DNA of 64,000 nucleotides, taken from assembly GCA_947488755.1 (NCBI GenBank), contig CANLAD010000001.1:198247-262246 (forward strand), written 5' to 3'. Below, piece by piece: positions 25,213-35,292 of the stretch. Both the position numbers and the translations under genes were made by a program. The notes beneath the pieces are model-generated. The model had not been told where the DNA came from, made no database searches, and saw only the letters and a program-made list of their open reading frames with translations. How positions within the stretch are numbered: the stretch's first letter is position 1; each line of letters begins with the position of its first letter. Source of the stretch: an uncultured Erythrobacter sp. Lineage in GTDB: Bacteria > Pseudomonadota > Alphaproteobacteria > Sphingomonadales > Sphingomonadaceae.

Positions 25213-25329
25213 GGCGCAGGTCGTGGCACGCCAGGCTGAAAGCGCCGTGTGTGCATCCATAGGGTTGAGCCCCTATTCGATTGATCGCATCGCTGGATTT
25301 ACAAGGTTCGCCCGCTTACAGGCTCGCGC

Positions 25330-26232
25330 ATGGTGAACGGCTGGATCATACTCGACAAGCCGCGCGGGCTTGGATCGACGCAGGCCGTGGCTGCGGTGAA
25401 GCGGAACCTGCGCGAAGGCGGCTATCCGAAAACCAAGGTGGGGCATGGCGGCACGCTCGATCCGCTGGCCGAGGGGGTTCTGCCGATCGCGCTCGGCGAA
25501 GCGACGAAACTGGCAGGGCGGATGCTCGATGCCAGCAAGGTCTATGATTTCACGATCCGCTTCGGCGAGCAGACCGACACGCTCGACACTGAGGGTGAAG
25601 TCGTGGAACGTAGCGATGCGCGCCCTTCGAGCGCCGAGGTAGAGGCCATCCTGCCGCGCTTTACCGGCCATATCGAGCAGCTTCCCCCGGCGTATTCCGC
25701 GCTGAAGGTCGAAGGAAAGCGCGCCTACGATCTCGCACGGGCTGGTGAGGATGTGGAATTGAAAGTGCGGTCTGTCACGGTCCACTCACTCAATGTCGCG
25801 GCCGACCCGAGCGAGGACCAGATCACTCTCACCGCTCACGTCTCCAAGGGCACCTATATCCGCAGCCTCGCACGCGATATTGCCGGCGCTCTTGGAACCT
25901 GCGGCCATGTCACCTATTTACGTCGGACCAAGGCTGGCCCTTTCCGAGAGGAACAGGCGATTTCGCTGGACTTGCTGAACGAAATCGGTAAGGGCGCGAG
26001 CCTTGAAGACCTCCTCCTGCCGCTTGAGGCGGGGCTGGACGACATCCCGGCCCTTTCCCTCTCCCAGACAGACGCGCAGGCGGTCCGCCAGGGCCGGGTC
26101 TTGTCTGGATTGCCCCAACCATCCGGGCTCTATTGCGCGATGCTGGACAGCGTCCCCGTTGCGCTTGTGGAGATTTCGGATGGCACGGCCAAGGTCGTCC
26201 GGGGCTTCAACCTTCCCGATGTCGCTGAGTAA
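25330..26232 (+). CDS. truB: tRNA pseudouridine(55) synthase
   Basis: 300 aa; [17 protein letters not shown]...[16 protein letters not shown], including the catalytic Asp. Confidence 0.95.
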   Translation: MVNGWIILDKPRGLGSTQAVAAVKRNLREGGYPKTKVGHGGTLDPLAEGVLPIALGEATKLAGRMLDASKVYDFTIRFGEQTDTLDTEGEVVERSDARPSSAEVEAILPRFTGHIEQLPPAYSALKVEGKRAYDLARAGEDVELKVRSVTVHSLNVAADPSEDQITLTAHVSKGTYIRSLARDIAGALGTCGHVTYLRRTKAGPFREEQAISLDLLNEIGKGASLEDLLLPLEAGLDDIPALSLSQTDAQAVRQGRVLSGLPQPSGLYCAMLDSVPVALVEISDGTAKVVRGFNLPDVAE

Positions 26233-26246
26233 GAGAGAAAATACCC

Positions 26247-26516
26247 ATGTCGGTTACCGCTGAACGCAAGCAAGAAATCATCAAGGACAACGCCCAGGCC
26301 GATGGCGATACGGGCAGTCCCGAAGTCCAGGTCGCGATCCTGACGGAGCGCATCAAGAACCTGACCGAACACTTCAAGGGCAACCACAAGGACAACCATT
26401 CGCGCCGTGGCCTGCTGATGATGGTCAACAAGCGTCGCAACCTGCTCGCCTATCTCAAGAAGAAAGATGTCGAGCGGTACAACGCGCTGATCCAGAAACT
26501 GGGTCTGCGCAAATAA
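26247..26516 (+). CDS. rpsO: 30S ribosomal protein S15
   Basis: 89 aa; [24 protein letters not shown]...[14 protein letters not shown]. Confidence 0.97.
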   Translation: MSVTAERKQEIIKDNAQADGDTGSPEVQVAILTERIKNLTEHFKGNHKDNHSRRGLLMMVNKRRNLLAYLKKKDVERYNALIQKLGLRK

Positions 26517-26525
26517 GAGTTTCGT

Positions 26526-26554
26526 GAAAGGCGGCTCCCTGGGGGCCGCCTTTC
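26526..26554 (+). terminator. rpsO terminator / pnp leader hairpin
   Basis: GAAAGGCGGCTCC-ctg-GGGGCCGCCTTTC is a stem of about 13 bp, 10 nt after the rpsO stop. It is followed only by TTTCT, so it may be a partial terminator or processing hairpin as in enterobacterial rpsO-pnp. A further hairpin, CCCGCGC...GCGCGGG, lies near 26650-26678. Confidence 0.5.
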
Positions 26555-26692
26555 TAGCATTTGGGCATCGGCGACATCCGGTCGCTTGCCTGAGGGGCAG
26601 ACAGACGCCCCACACCGGTCCGGGCCGGTCTCACCCGGAAACAGTAGGCCCCGCGCGCGCAATAAGGCGGCGCGGGTCACAAAGGAAAATCA

Positions 26693-28993
26693 ATGTTCGA
26701 CAAGAAAACCGTATCGCTGGAGTGGGGCGGAAAGACCCTCACTCTGGAAACCGGACAGATCGCCCGTCAGGCAGACGGCGCCGTTCTGGCTATTTATGGC
26801 GAAACCGTGGTGCTGTGCGCCGTGACCGCCGCCCGCAAAGTGAAGGAGGGGCAGGACTTCTTCCCGCTCACCGTTCACTATCAGGAAAAGTTCTCTGCCG
26901 CCGGACGCATTCCGGGCGGCTTCTTCAAGCGCGAAGGCCGCGCGACCGAGAAGGAAACGCTCACCAGTCGCCTGATCGATCGCCCAGTGCGCCCGCTCTT
27001 CCCCGAAGGCTTCTACAACGAAATCAACGTCATCTGTCAAGTTCTCAGCTATGATGGCGAGACCGAGCCCGATATCGTCGCGATGATCGCGGCCTCGGCT
27101 GCGCTGACGATCAGCGGCCTGCCCTTCATGGGTCCGATCGGCGCCGCGCGCGTCGGCTTCACCAATGACGGCGAATACGTCCTCAACCCGAGCATCACCG
27201 ATGCGCTGGGTGAAGAAGGCAATCTCGACCTGGTGGTCGCTGCGACGCAGGACGCGGTGATGATGGTTGAGTCCGAAGCGAAGGAACTCACCGAAGAGCA
27301 GATGCTCGGCGCGGTTCTGTTCGCGCATGAGGAAAGCCGCAAGGTTATCGGCGCTATCATCGATCTCGCTGAACAAGCCGCGAAAGACCCGTGGGAACTC
27401 GACCCCGTCGAGGACAAGACCGCGGTTCTGGAAGAGTTGCGTGGCGTTATCGGCGACGACCTCGCCGCCGCTTACAAGATCACCGACAAGGGCGATCGAC
27501 AGGACGCGGTCAACGCCGCCCGTACCAAGGCGCGCGAGCACTACGCCGATCTCGAAGAGAGCGATCCGGCCGAATACATGGGCCGCATCAAGCTCGTGAA
27601 GAAGCTGGAAAGCGACATCGTTCGCAAGGCGATCCTGAAGGACGGTCAGCGTATCGACGGCCGCAAGACCGACGAGGTTCGCCCGATCGAAGCGATGGTC
27701 GGCCTGCTGCCCCGCACGCACGGCTCGGCGCTGTTCACCCGCGGTGAAACGCAGGCGATTTGCACCACCACGCTGGGTACCAAAGATTCCGAGCAGATGA
27801 TCGACGGGCTCGAAGGCCTGTCGTACAACAATTTCATGCTGCACTATAACTTCCCGCCCTATTCGGTCGGTGAAGTGGGTCGCTTCGGCTTTACCAGTCG
27901 GCGTGAGACCGGCCACGGCAAGCTCGCCTATCGCGCGCTGCATCCGGTTTTGCCTGACAATGAGGAGTTCCCGTACACGATCCGCGTTCTGTCGGACATC
28001 ACCGAGTCCAACGGCTCGTCCTCGATGGCGACGGTCTGCGGTGGCAGCCTTTCGATGATGGATGCCGGCGTTCCACTGAAGCGTCCGGTATCGGGCATTG
28101 CGATGGGTCTGATCCTGGAAGGTGACGATTTCACCGTCCTGTCCGACATTCTGGGTGATGAAGATCACCTGGGCGACATGGACTTCAAGGTGGCCGGATC
28201 GGAACAGGGCATCACCAGCCTCCAGATGGACATCAAGGTCGCCGGCATCACTCAGGAAATCATGACTCAGGCGCTTGAGCAGGCAAAAGCCGGCCGTGCG
28301 CACATCCTGGGCAAGATGACCGAGGCGCTCAGCAGCTCTCGCGGTGAAGTGTCGAAGCACGCTCCGCGTATCGAGACGATGCAGATCGACAAGTCGAAGA
28401 TCCGTGACGTCATCGGTACAGGCGGCAAGGTGATCCGCGAGATCGTTGCCGAAACCGGCGCCAAGGTCGACATCGACGACGAAGGCACGATCAAGATCAG
28501 TTCCTCCAATGCCGACGAAATCGAAGCCGCGAAGAAGTGGATCGAAGGCATTACCGAGGAAGCCGAAGTCGGCAAGATCTACACCGGCAAGGTCGTGAAC
28601 ATCGTCGATTTCGGTGCATTCGTGAACTTCATGGGTGGCAAGGACGGCCTCGTCCACGTCTCCGAAATGAAGAACGAACGGGTCGAAAAGCCGACCGACG
28701 TCGTGTCCGAAGGCCAGGAAGTGAAGGTCAAGGTGCTGGAGATCGACAATCGCGGCAAGGTCCGCCTGTCGATGCGCGTTGTCGATCAGGAAACCGGCGA
28801 AGAACTCGAAGACACACGCCCGCCACGCGAAAAGCGTGAAGGCGGTGGCAAGAGAGACGGTGGCCGCGGCGGCGATCGTCGTGGTCCGCGCGGTGGCGGT
28901 CGTGGCCGTGGCGGCGACCGCGGAGGTCGTGAGGGCGGAAACGGGGGTGGCAATGACGGCCCCGCAGCGCTGCCCGACTTCCTGAAGGACTGA
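26693..28993 (+). CDS. pnp: polyribonucleotide nucleotidyltransferase (PNPase) with Arg/Gly-rich C-terminal tail
   Basis: 766 aa. Two RNase PH domains plus KH ([10 protein letters not shown]) and S1 ([15 protein letters not shown]...GLVHVSE) domains. The tail is [45 protein letters not shown]. Confidence 0.97.
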   Translation: MFDKKTVSLEWGGKTLTLETGQIARQADGAVLAIYGETVVLCAVTAARKVKEGQDFFPLTVHYQEKFSAAGRIPGGFFKREGRATEKETLTSRLIDRPVRPLFPEGFYNEINVICQVLSYDGETEPDIVAMIAASAALTISGLPFMGPIGAARVGFTNDGEYVLNPSITDALGEEGNLDLVVAATQDAVMMVESEAKELTEEQMLGAVLFAHEESRKVIGAIIDLAEQAAKDPWELDPVEDKTAVLEELRGVIGDDLAAAYKITDKGDRQDAVNAARTKAREHYADLEESDPAEYMGRIKLVKKLESDIVRKAILKDGQRIDGRKTDEVRPIEAMVGLLPRTHGSALFTRGETQAICTTTLGTKDSEQMIDGLEGLSYNNFMLHYNFPPYSVGEVGRFGFTSRRETGHGKLAYRALHPVLPDNEEFPYTIRVLSDITESNGSSSMATVCGGSLSMMDAGVPLKRPVSGIAMGLILEGDDFTVLSDILGDEDHLGDMDFKVAGSEQGITSLQMDIKVAGITQEIMTQALEQAKAGRAHILGKMTEALSSSRGEVSKHAPRIETMQIDKSKIRDVIGTGGKVIREIVAETGAKVDIDDEGTIKISSSNADEIEAAKKWIEGITEEAEVGKIYTGKVVNIVDFGAFVNFMGGKDGLVHVSEMKNERVEKPTDVVSEGQEVKVKVLEIDNRGKVRLSMRVVDQETGEELEDTRPPREKREGGGKRDGGRGGDRRGPRGGGRGRGGDRGGREGGNGGGNDGPAALPDFLKD

Positions 28994-29018
28994 TCCTTCG
29001 GCACAATGGTGAAGACGT

Positions 29019-29056
29019 GGCCTGTCCGGTTCCGACCGGGCGGGCCTTGTTTTTTT
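29019..29056 (+). terminator. rho-independent terminator after pnp
   Basis: An imperfect GC-rich hairpin, GGCCTGTCCGGT-tcc-GACCGGGCGGGCC, is followed by TTGTTTTTTT. Confidence 0.65.
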
Positions 29057-29079
29057 GAACGGGTTTGAAGGAAGGCGCG

Positions 29080-29763
29080 ATGCTCAAACGCGAACTGATT
29101 GACACCGCCGTCATCGAGGACGGCGAGACGCTTGAACTCTACTCGCACGGTCGCGACTTCATGATCGTGCTCGGTCGCAACGAGTTGATGAGCACGCGGA
29201 TGCGCTTCTCCGAAGAGCAGCTTGCCGAGCTGACGTTCGACCGGCTGGAGAGCAAGGCCGCCCGCATTCTGATCGGCGGATACGGAATGGGCTTCACCCT
29301 GCGTGCAGCACTCGCACGCATGGACCAGGGCGGCGAAGCGGTCGTGGGCGAGATCGCGCCGGCGATTATCGAATGGGCGAAAGGGCCGATGGCCGAACTT
29401 ACCGGCGAAACACTCGAAGACCCGCGCGTGGACCTTAAAATCTGCGATGTAAGAGCGCTCATCGACGATGCGAACGATGGCACATGCGCAAAGTTTGACG
29501 CAATCCTGCTCGATGTCGACAACGGACCTGACGGTCTGGTTCGCGCCGACAACAACCGGCTGTACAGTCGTACAGGTCTCGGCAAGGCCCGCGATGCGCT
29601 CGTACCCGGCGGCATCCTGGCGGTCTGGTCGGCCGCGCCGGACCCGGCTTTCCGGCGACGCTTGAAGGATGCGCGCTTCGATGTCGAAGAGCGCCGGGTC
29701 CGCTCACGCCCGAACAACAAGGGCGCGCATCACGTCATCTGGTTCGCGCGGAAATCGGCCTGA
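29080..29763 (+). CDS. spermidine synthase-like class I methyltransferase-fold protein
   Basis: 227 aa from ATG 29080, with SD GAAGGAAGG. Contains ILIGGYGMGFTLRAAL (SAM-type glycine motif) and DAILLDVDNGP. Confidence 0.65.
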   Translation: MLKRELIDTAVIEDGETLELYSHGRDFMIVLGRNELMSTRMRFSEEQLAELTFDRLESKAARILIGGYGMGFTLRAALARMDQGGEAVVGEIAPAIIEWAKGPMAELTGETLEDPRVDLKICDVRALIDDANDGTCAKFDAILLDVDNGPDGLVRADNNRLYSRTGLGKARDALVPGGILAVWSAAPDPAFRRRLKDARFDVEERRVRSRPNNKGAHHVIWFARKSA

Positions 29764-29783
29764 CTTTATCCTGACACTCTCGC

Positions 29784-30728
29784 TCAGAAATCGTAGATGA
29801 TCGTCACGCGGCTGAGCGTATCGGTCTTTTCCGCTCCTTGCGGCGGGTCGGTGTCATGCTCGAGCGTGTAGGACAGCCGGACGGCCAGACTGTCGGCAAT
29901 GTCCGCCTGTAGCCCGGTATCGGAGATAAAGGTGCTGCTGCCCGACTGGACGAAGGCGCTGGCGTCCTGTGTCAGCGCGATGACCGGAGAGATCTGCCAG
30001 TCGAGATCGAGCGACGCGTTGCCCGCGACACTACTCGTGCTGCTTCCGTCGACCAGTTCGGTGCGACGATAGGCCGGACCGGCTTGCACCGACAGGCTGA
30101 GCGCTTCGCGATCGAAAATGTCGTAACCCAGGCCGCCCGACACTGCATAGCGCGCCGAAAAACCCTGGAATCGGTCGCGCTCGTAAAGCGCCAGCGCGTA
30201 GGCAAAAAGGTGCTGGGACAATCGCAGATTTGGCTCGTAAGCGGCGAGAAACTGTTCGCGGGTCGTGACCCCGTTGGATTCCTGGTAATCCGCCCGTCCG
30301 CGTAGGGTGTGACTCCAATCGATACCCTCGCGCGTCAGCGATATCGCCGCGGTGATCCCGGTGTTTTCGGCATTGCCGGTCGAGTTGAACGCACCAAGCT
30401 CGCCTTGTCCGGACCAATTCTCGAAGAATCCCGCATTGCGGATCTCCCGGCGCTCCGCCCGCTCCTCCGCGGCTTGAGCCTCAGCCAGATCGGTTTCGTA
30501 CATCGTCAGCAGCGCGTCAATTTCTGCGGCATCTTGTGGATTTGCCGCGCGTGCGATCTCTATCACCGTACGCGCCTTTTCCTCATCCCCGGTCGCGATC
30601 GCAGCGTCGATCATGTCGCGCACCGGTTCGGGAAGCTGCGCCAGTGATGGGGTTGCCCCCGCGAGGGCTGCGCTTGCAATCAGCGCCGCTGCAGGCCGCT
30701 TTAGGAGATATCTCAATCGAACTTCCAT
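29784..30728 (-). CDS. DUF481 outer-membrane beta-barrel protein
   Basis: 314 aa. It has a signal peptide, the alternating beta-strand pattern GELGAFNSTGNAENTGITAAISL, and the C-terminal sequence ...LSRVTIIYDF ending in Phe. Confidence 0.75.
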   Translation of the reverse strand: MEVRLRYLLKRPAAALIASAALAGATPSLAQLPEPVRDMIDAAIATGDEEKARTVIEIARAANPQDAAEIDALLTMYETDLAEAQAAEERAERREIRNAGFFENWSGQGELGAFNSTGNAENTGITAAISLTREGIDWSHTLRGRADYQESNGVTTREQFLAAYEPNLRLSQHLFAYALALYERDRFQGFSARYAVSGGLGYDIFDREALSLSVQAGPAYRRTELVDGSSTSSVAGNASLDLDWQISPVIALTQDASAFVQSGSSTFISDTGLQADIADSLAVRLSYTLEHDTDPPQGAEKTDTLSRVTIIYDF

Positions 30729-30743
30729 TCATCAACTAGGCGT

Positions 30744-30775
30744 AAAAAACCCGGCAGTCGCAAACGACAACCGGG
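30744..30775 (-). terminator. rho-independent terminator after gcrA
   Basis: On the minus strand, the hairpin CCCGGTTGTCG-tttg-CGACTGCCGGG is followed by TTTTTT. Confidence 0.55.
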
Positions 30776-30797
30776 CCTTTCAACACTTACGATAAGG

Positions 30798-31511
30798 TCA
30801 GCGCACCCGCGGCCCGCCAAACGGCAGAGGCGGTGGGGGACGGCGGGCACCGCGGGGCAGCTGCGCCTGGAACGCTCGCCCGCAATGCTCGACGCAATAG
30901 GGGAAGCCGGGATTCACCTCAGCGCCGCAGAAATGGAAGTCCGGTTCACCCGGATGGCCCATCGGCCAGCGGCAGACCTTGTCTGAAAGGTCGAGCAGGC
31001 TGGTCTTGTCCGCGATCTCCGGGCTGGGCTTTGCTGGCACCAGACGGCGCGGCGGAGCCGGGGGGATCGGCGCCTGCTGATCGCCCGGACCTTGCCGCAG
31101 AAACCCGCCGGGACCGACCGAAACGATTTTCGGCAGATCAGGTGTCGGATTGGGCATCGGCTGAGAATTGCTGCCGCCTGCCGGCGCGGGCGGTTGGCTC
31201 GCGGCGGCCGGTTTGGCAGCCTGAGGTTTCGCAGCAGGAGCGCCGCCGGTCTTCGCTGCGGGCTTAGGCGCGGCGGGCTTGTTGGTGTCCGCCTTCTTTG
31301 CGGTTGGCGCCTTTGCGGCGGCCTTCTTCGGAGCTTTCCTCTTCTCGTTCGCCTTCACCGGTGAGGGGCGCGACTTCAGGCCTAAGCGATGCGCCTTGCC
31401 GATCACTGCATTGCGGCTCACTCCGCCCAACTCGTCCGCGATCTGGCTCGCCGTGGCGCCGCCTTCCCACATTTTCTTGAGCGTCGCGATGCGCTCGTCG
31501 GTCCAACTCAT
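30798..31511 (-). CDS. gcrA: cell cycle regulator GcrA
   Basis: 237 aa. MSWTDERIATLKKMWEGGATASQIADELGGVSRNAVIGKAHRLGL is the GcrA N-terminal DNA-binding domain. A Pro/Ala-rich linker follows. The conserved C-terminus is CRWPMGHPGEPDFHFCG. Confidence 0.92.
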   Translation of the reverse strand: MSWTDERIATLKKMWEGGATASQIADELGGVSRNAVIGKAHRLGLKSRPSPVKANEKRKAPKKAAAKAPTAKKADTNKPAAPKPAAKTGGAPAAKPQAAKPAAASQPPAPAGGSNSQPMPNPTPDLPKIVSVGPGGFLRQGPGDQQAPIPPAPPRRLVPAKPSPEIADKTSLLDLSDKVCRWPMGHPGEPDFHFCGAEVNPGFPYCVEHCGRAFQAQLPRGARRPPPPLPFGGPRVR

Positions 31512-31590
31512 GCTCTTGTATCTCCATCGAGCGCCGCTGATCCGCGGCGCGCTTGTAACATCCGTGTCGACGCCTTAGGCGCTCTTACCC

Positions 31591-32478
31591 ATGGCCGACC
31601 TCACATCGACGAACAGCACCGCAAATGCCGCTTCCGACCAGACCCGGTCCGAGGCGGGCACCCGTTTTGCACCACGCGGCGTTCCGGTGATTACCGGGAT
31701 CAACCGCATTGGCATTCTGGCGCTCTATATGAAGGAGGTGCGTCGGTTTCTCAAGGTGCAGACGCAGACGGTGTGGGCTCCGGCGGTCACGACGCTGCTG
31801 TTTCTCGTGATATTCACCGTCGCTTTGGGACGCGAAGGGCGCGAAGTGCTCGGTGTGCCGTTTGCAAGCTTTGTCGCGCCCGGTTTGATCGTCATGGGCA
31901 TGATGCAGAACGCCTTCGCCAATTCGAGCTTCTCCCTGCTTTCGGGAAAGATGCAGGGGACCATAATCGATTTGCTGATGCCACCGCTTTCCTCGGGCGA
32001 ACTGATGGCCGGGATCATCGCCGCGGCAATGACCCGCGCGATTGCTGTTGGCTGCGCCGTGGCGCTGGCAATGGCATTGTGGCCGGGCGTGACCCTTCAC
32101 GTGGCTCATGGCTGGGCGATTGTCTGGTTCGGCCTGATGGGCGCTGCGTTGCTCGCGCTGCTAGGCCTCGCGACCTCTATCTGGGCAGAGAAATTCGATC
32201 ACAACGCGGCGATCACCAACTTCATCATCGCCCCGCTCTCGCTGCTGTCGGGCACCTTCTATGTGATCGACAACCTCGCCCCGACATTCCAGGCGGTCAG
32301 CCGGGCAAACCCGTTTTTCTACGTGATCTCCGGATTTCGCTACGGCTTTTTGGGGGAGAGCGATATCGGTTCCGACGCCGATGTGGTGGTGGCAGCGGTC
32401 GGTATCGGGGTGCTCAACATAGCGCTGGCGATTGGTGTGTTCGCTCTCCTTCGCTCCGGGTGGAAGCTGAAGAGTTGA
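31591..32478 (+). CDS. ABC-2 type transporter permease
   Basis: 295 aa with six predicted TM segments; YMKEVRRFLKVQTQTVWAPAVTTLLFL is typical of the ABC-2/YadH family. No ATPase gene is adjacent. Confidence 0.75.
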   Translation: MADLTSTNSTANAASDQTRSEAGTRFAPRGVPVITGINRIGILALYMKEVRRFLKVQTQTVWAPAVTTLLFLVIFTVALGREGREVLGVPFASFVAPGLIVMGMMQNAFANSSFSLLSGKMQGTIIDLLMPPLSSGELMAGIIAAAMTRAIAVGCAVALAMALWPGVTLHVAHGWAIVWFGLMGAALLALLGLATSIWAEKFDHNAAITNFIIAPLSLLSGTFYVIDNLAPTFQAVSRANPFFYVISGFRYGFLGESDIGSDADVVVAAVGIGVLNIALAIGVFALLRSGWKLKS

Positions 32479-32506
32479 GCGCTACTTGAGCGCCGCGCCG
32501 CGAAGA

Positions 32507-32887
32507 TCAATGCGTGAGTGAGCGCCGCATCCGATAGCGGCCTTCTCTGAACCGCTCGAACAGTTCGGGCACGGTGGGATGGTCGATCGGACCCCCATCG
32601 GCATCCGCCACCAAATTGCCCTGGCTGACATACGCGACGTAGCTCGATTCCTCGTTTTCGGCGAGGAGATGGTAGAACGGCTGATCGCGCGGTGGGCGAA
32701 TTTCCTCGGGGATCGATTCGTACCATTCCTCGCTATTGGCGAAAACCGGATCGACATCGAACACCACGCCGCGAAAGTCGAACATGCGATGCCGCACGAC
32801 ATCGCCGATGCCAAAGCGGCTGCGGGTGAAGCGCGGCGCATTGATCGTGCGCCCGGCCTGGCTCGAAAAGAAATGTGCGCGTTCCAT
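32507..32887 (-). CDS. hspQ: heat shock protein HspQ (YccV, hemimethylated DNA-binding family)
   Basis: 126 aa from ATG 32887. SRFGIGDVVRHRMFDFRGVVFDVDPVF compares with E. coli [33 protein letters not shown] is also present. Confidence 0.85.
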   Translation of the reverse strand: MERAHFFSSQAGRTINAPRFTRSRFGIGDVVRHRMFDFRGVVFDVDPVFANSEEWYESIPEEIRPPRDQPFYHLLAENEESSYVAYVSQGNLVADADGGPIDHPTVPELFERFREGRYRMRRSLTH

Positions 32888-33121
32888 ACGCGGGAAATAT
32901 GGGCGCTTTGCGCGATAAGGCAAGCGAAGCGCAGCTTTGTTCCACCCGATATACCCGCTTTTTGCGCGATGCGTGGCTATTTCGCCTGATAGAGGACTTG
33001 GCAAGGCCCAGCCCGTGCGCTAACGGGCGCGCTCCCTTCGACCAGTCGCATATCGCATGGGCAGAACGCGGCAAACGTTTGCTGGATGGCTTGGCCGTCC
33101 GATGAAACGCCAAGGGGACGC

Positions 33122-33211
<90 letters not shown>

Positions 33212-33220
33212 TTTGCCACA

Positions 33221-33898
33221 TCATGGTCGAGCCCACATCCGCACAAGGTTCGCGATCGATTTGTCTAGGGTGAGCAGCTCTGCCGTGTCTGCGGCGGGCT
33301 TTCCTCGCAGCGAGGCGCGCAGATTTTCCAGGTCGAAGAGCACTTCGCGCTGGGCGGGATCGGGGACGAGGCTTTCGATCCAGCCCACCGCGGCAATGCG
33401 CTGACCGGTGGTGACAGGTGCGACTTCGTGGATGCTGGTCGATGGATAGAGCACCAACTCTCCTGCCTGCGCCTTTATCCGAGAGATCGCACCGGCGGCG
33501 TGCACGACGAGCTCGCCGCCCTCGTATTCGGCCGGAGCATTCAGAAACAGTGTGAAAGAGGTATCGGTGCGCAGTCGGGCGCTGCCAGAACCCATGATCG
33601 CATTGTCGACATGCGCGCCATAATGCCCACCACCTGACGTTCGGCTGATCATGATCGGTGTGATCCGCCTTGGCCGGGCGAACGCCTGCACGACCGGATT
33701 GTTTTTTATGGTTGCCAGCAGTTTCTCGCGCAGATCTCTGCCCGCAGCGCTGTCGAGCACGGCCTGCTCGTTGCGCTTCATGGCCTTCGCCGTCCGACCG
33801 GCGGTGGCGCGACCATCTCGCCAGCCGAGCGTGTCGATTGCCTCTCGTATGGAGCGCAAGGTTTGTTCATCGTCGATAGCTTTGACGGTCAGGATCAT
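33221..33898 (-). CDS. Fe(II)/2-oxoglutarate-dependent oxygenase, PiuC/YbiX (PKHD-type hydroxylase) family
   Basis: 225 aa from MILTVKAIDD. Contains the GGHYGAHVDNA (HxD) facial triad, a distal His in TSIHEV, and RIAAVGWIES. The 559-aa ORF in the track is an artefactual extension. Confidence 0.85.
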   Translation of the reverse strand: MILTVKAIDDEQTLRSIREAIDTLGWRDGRATAGRTAKAMKRNEQAVLDSAAGRDLREKLLATIKNNPVVQAFARPRRITPIMISRTSGGGHYGAHVDNAIMGSGSARLRTDTSFTLFLNAPAEYEGGELVVHAAGAISRIKAQAGELVLYPSTSIHEVAPVTTGQRIAAVGWIESLVPDPAQREVLFDLENLRASLRGKPAADTAELLTLDKSIANLVRMWARP

Positions 33899-33979
33899 AC
33901 GTTTTCCAAATGAGAAGCGTTTGCAATAAGCGCGCGACGCGCTAAGGCACGCTGCTGTGTTATCCTCGGAGAAAGCCGA

Positions 33980-34810
33980 ATGAAAGTTGAGCTCAAGACC
34001 TGGACGCAACTTGGTGTTGCGACCGCATTGGTTGGTGCTGGTCTTTCCGGATGCGCTGATGAAGCGGACACCGGAGCCGAGCCTGCAGCTTCCGCATCGC
34101 AGAGCGGCGAGATGGGAGAGGGCGGTGAAGGTGGCGAAACCGGCGAAGGCGGCGTTTCGGTCGCGGACGCTGCGCGCGATCCGGTCGTTTACAACACCGC
34201 GCTGGCTGTCGCCGAAGCACACGCGATTGCGGCGCGCGACGCTTTCGCTGCCGGTCGCACCGATGCCGCCGCCGAGATGTTCGCGCATCCGATTTCCGAA
34301 GTGCTCGCGGATATGGATCCGGTTTTTGAAGAGCGCGGGGTCGGTGATTTCAAGCCACTCTTCGAACAGGCCTCGAGAACCGCGCTGGACGGCGACAGCG
34401 AGGCACGGGTCGAAAATCGCTTTGACGCGATCATCACCGCATTGCGCGACGCGTCTGAAAAAGCGCCTGAAAACGGCCTCAGCGATGCGGCGGTTTCGGG
34501 TGCGGTGGCCGCCGATATGATCGACCGCGCGGCGGCGATGTATCGCGAAGCCGGGAGCAGTGATCGCTATGAGCCGTATCTCGATGGGTATGGCTTTTAC
34601 AAAACGGCGCAGCGCAGGTTCGACACAGCGCATGACGGGCTGGAGGATGAAAACCGCAGGTTGCACGATTCCATCGAAGAGGCTTTGACGCTGCTGGAGC
34701 GCGCCTATCCGGGCGTCGAAAGGCCGGTGGAACTCAATGCGGATCAGAGCGAATTGCTCGCGATTGCCTCGCAGGTCATGTTGCGTCGTTTGCCAGGACC
34801 GCGAGGGTGA
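33980..34810 (+). CDS. hypothetical lipoprotein (helical)
   Basis: 276 aa. Lipobox LVGAGLSGC. A Gly/Glu low-complexity linker (GEMGEGGEGGETGEGG) follows, then an Ala/Asp/Glu-rich helical body. I recognise no family. Confidence 0.6.
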   Translation: MKVELKTWTQLGVATALVGAGLSGCADEADTGAEPAASASQSGEMGEGGEGGETGEGGVSVADAARDPVVYNTALAVAEAHAIAARDAFAAGRTDAAAEMFAHPISEVLADMDPVFEERGVGDFKPLFEQASRTALDGDSEARVENRFDAIITALRDASEKAPENGLSDAAVSGAVAADMIDRAAAMYREAGSSDRYEPYLDGYGFYKTAQRRFDTAHDGLEDENRRLHDSIEEALTLLERAYPGVERPVELNADQSELLAIASQVMLRRLPGPRG

Positions 34811-34848
34811 AGCCTTGAAGTTGGCCCGGGGCGGCGCACATTGCGTTG

Positions 34849-35214
34849 ATGCAAGAGAGCGATCCATCACACGCGGTGACAGTCTGGTATGATGGTGCAT
34901 GTCCGCTGTGTCAGCGCGAGATTGCGGTGATGCGGCGGCTCGATAAGCGTGGCGCGATCGACTTCCTCGATGTGTCGCAGGATGACGATCCTTCTTGCCC
35001 GATCGACCGTGCCGACCTGCTCGCCCGGTTCCACGCCCGCGAGGATGGCGAAGTGCTGAGCGGGGCGGCGGCGTTCGCGGCGATGTGGCGCGCGATTCCG
35101 CGTCTGCGTCCGTTGGGTCTGCTGGCGCGCAACCGGATCGTTATGGCCGTTCTCGAACGCGCCTATCGCGTTTTTCTGAAGGTGCGACCGGCGCTCCAGC
35201 GCCTCGTTTCCTGA
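34849..35214 (+). CDS. DCC1-like thiol-disulfide oxidoreductase (DUF393)
   Basis: 121 aa from ATG 34849; WYDGACPLCQREI is the DxxCxxC signature. Confidence 0.85.
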   Translation: MQESDPSHAVTVWYDGACPLCQREIAVMRRLDKRGAIDFLDVSQDDDPSCPIDRADLLARFHAREDGEVLSGAAAFAAMWRAIPRLRPLGLLARNRIVMAVLERAYRVFLKVRPALQRLVS

Positions 35215-35292
35215 CAACTGCGAAAAGTCTTGCCGTGTGGCGCCGCCTCGGTGCACCGTGCGCCCTGATGAAGTCATGAGGGGACAAGCGGC

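Noticed and set aside
33221-34900. 559-aa ORF extending the PiuC-like oxygenase upstream across the divergent lipoprotein gene.
   Set aside because: Homology starts at MILTVKAIDD (ATG 33898). The extension is antisense to a well-formed lipoprotein gene with a lipobox.
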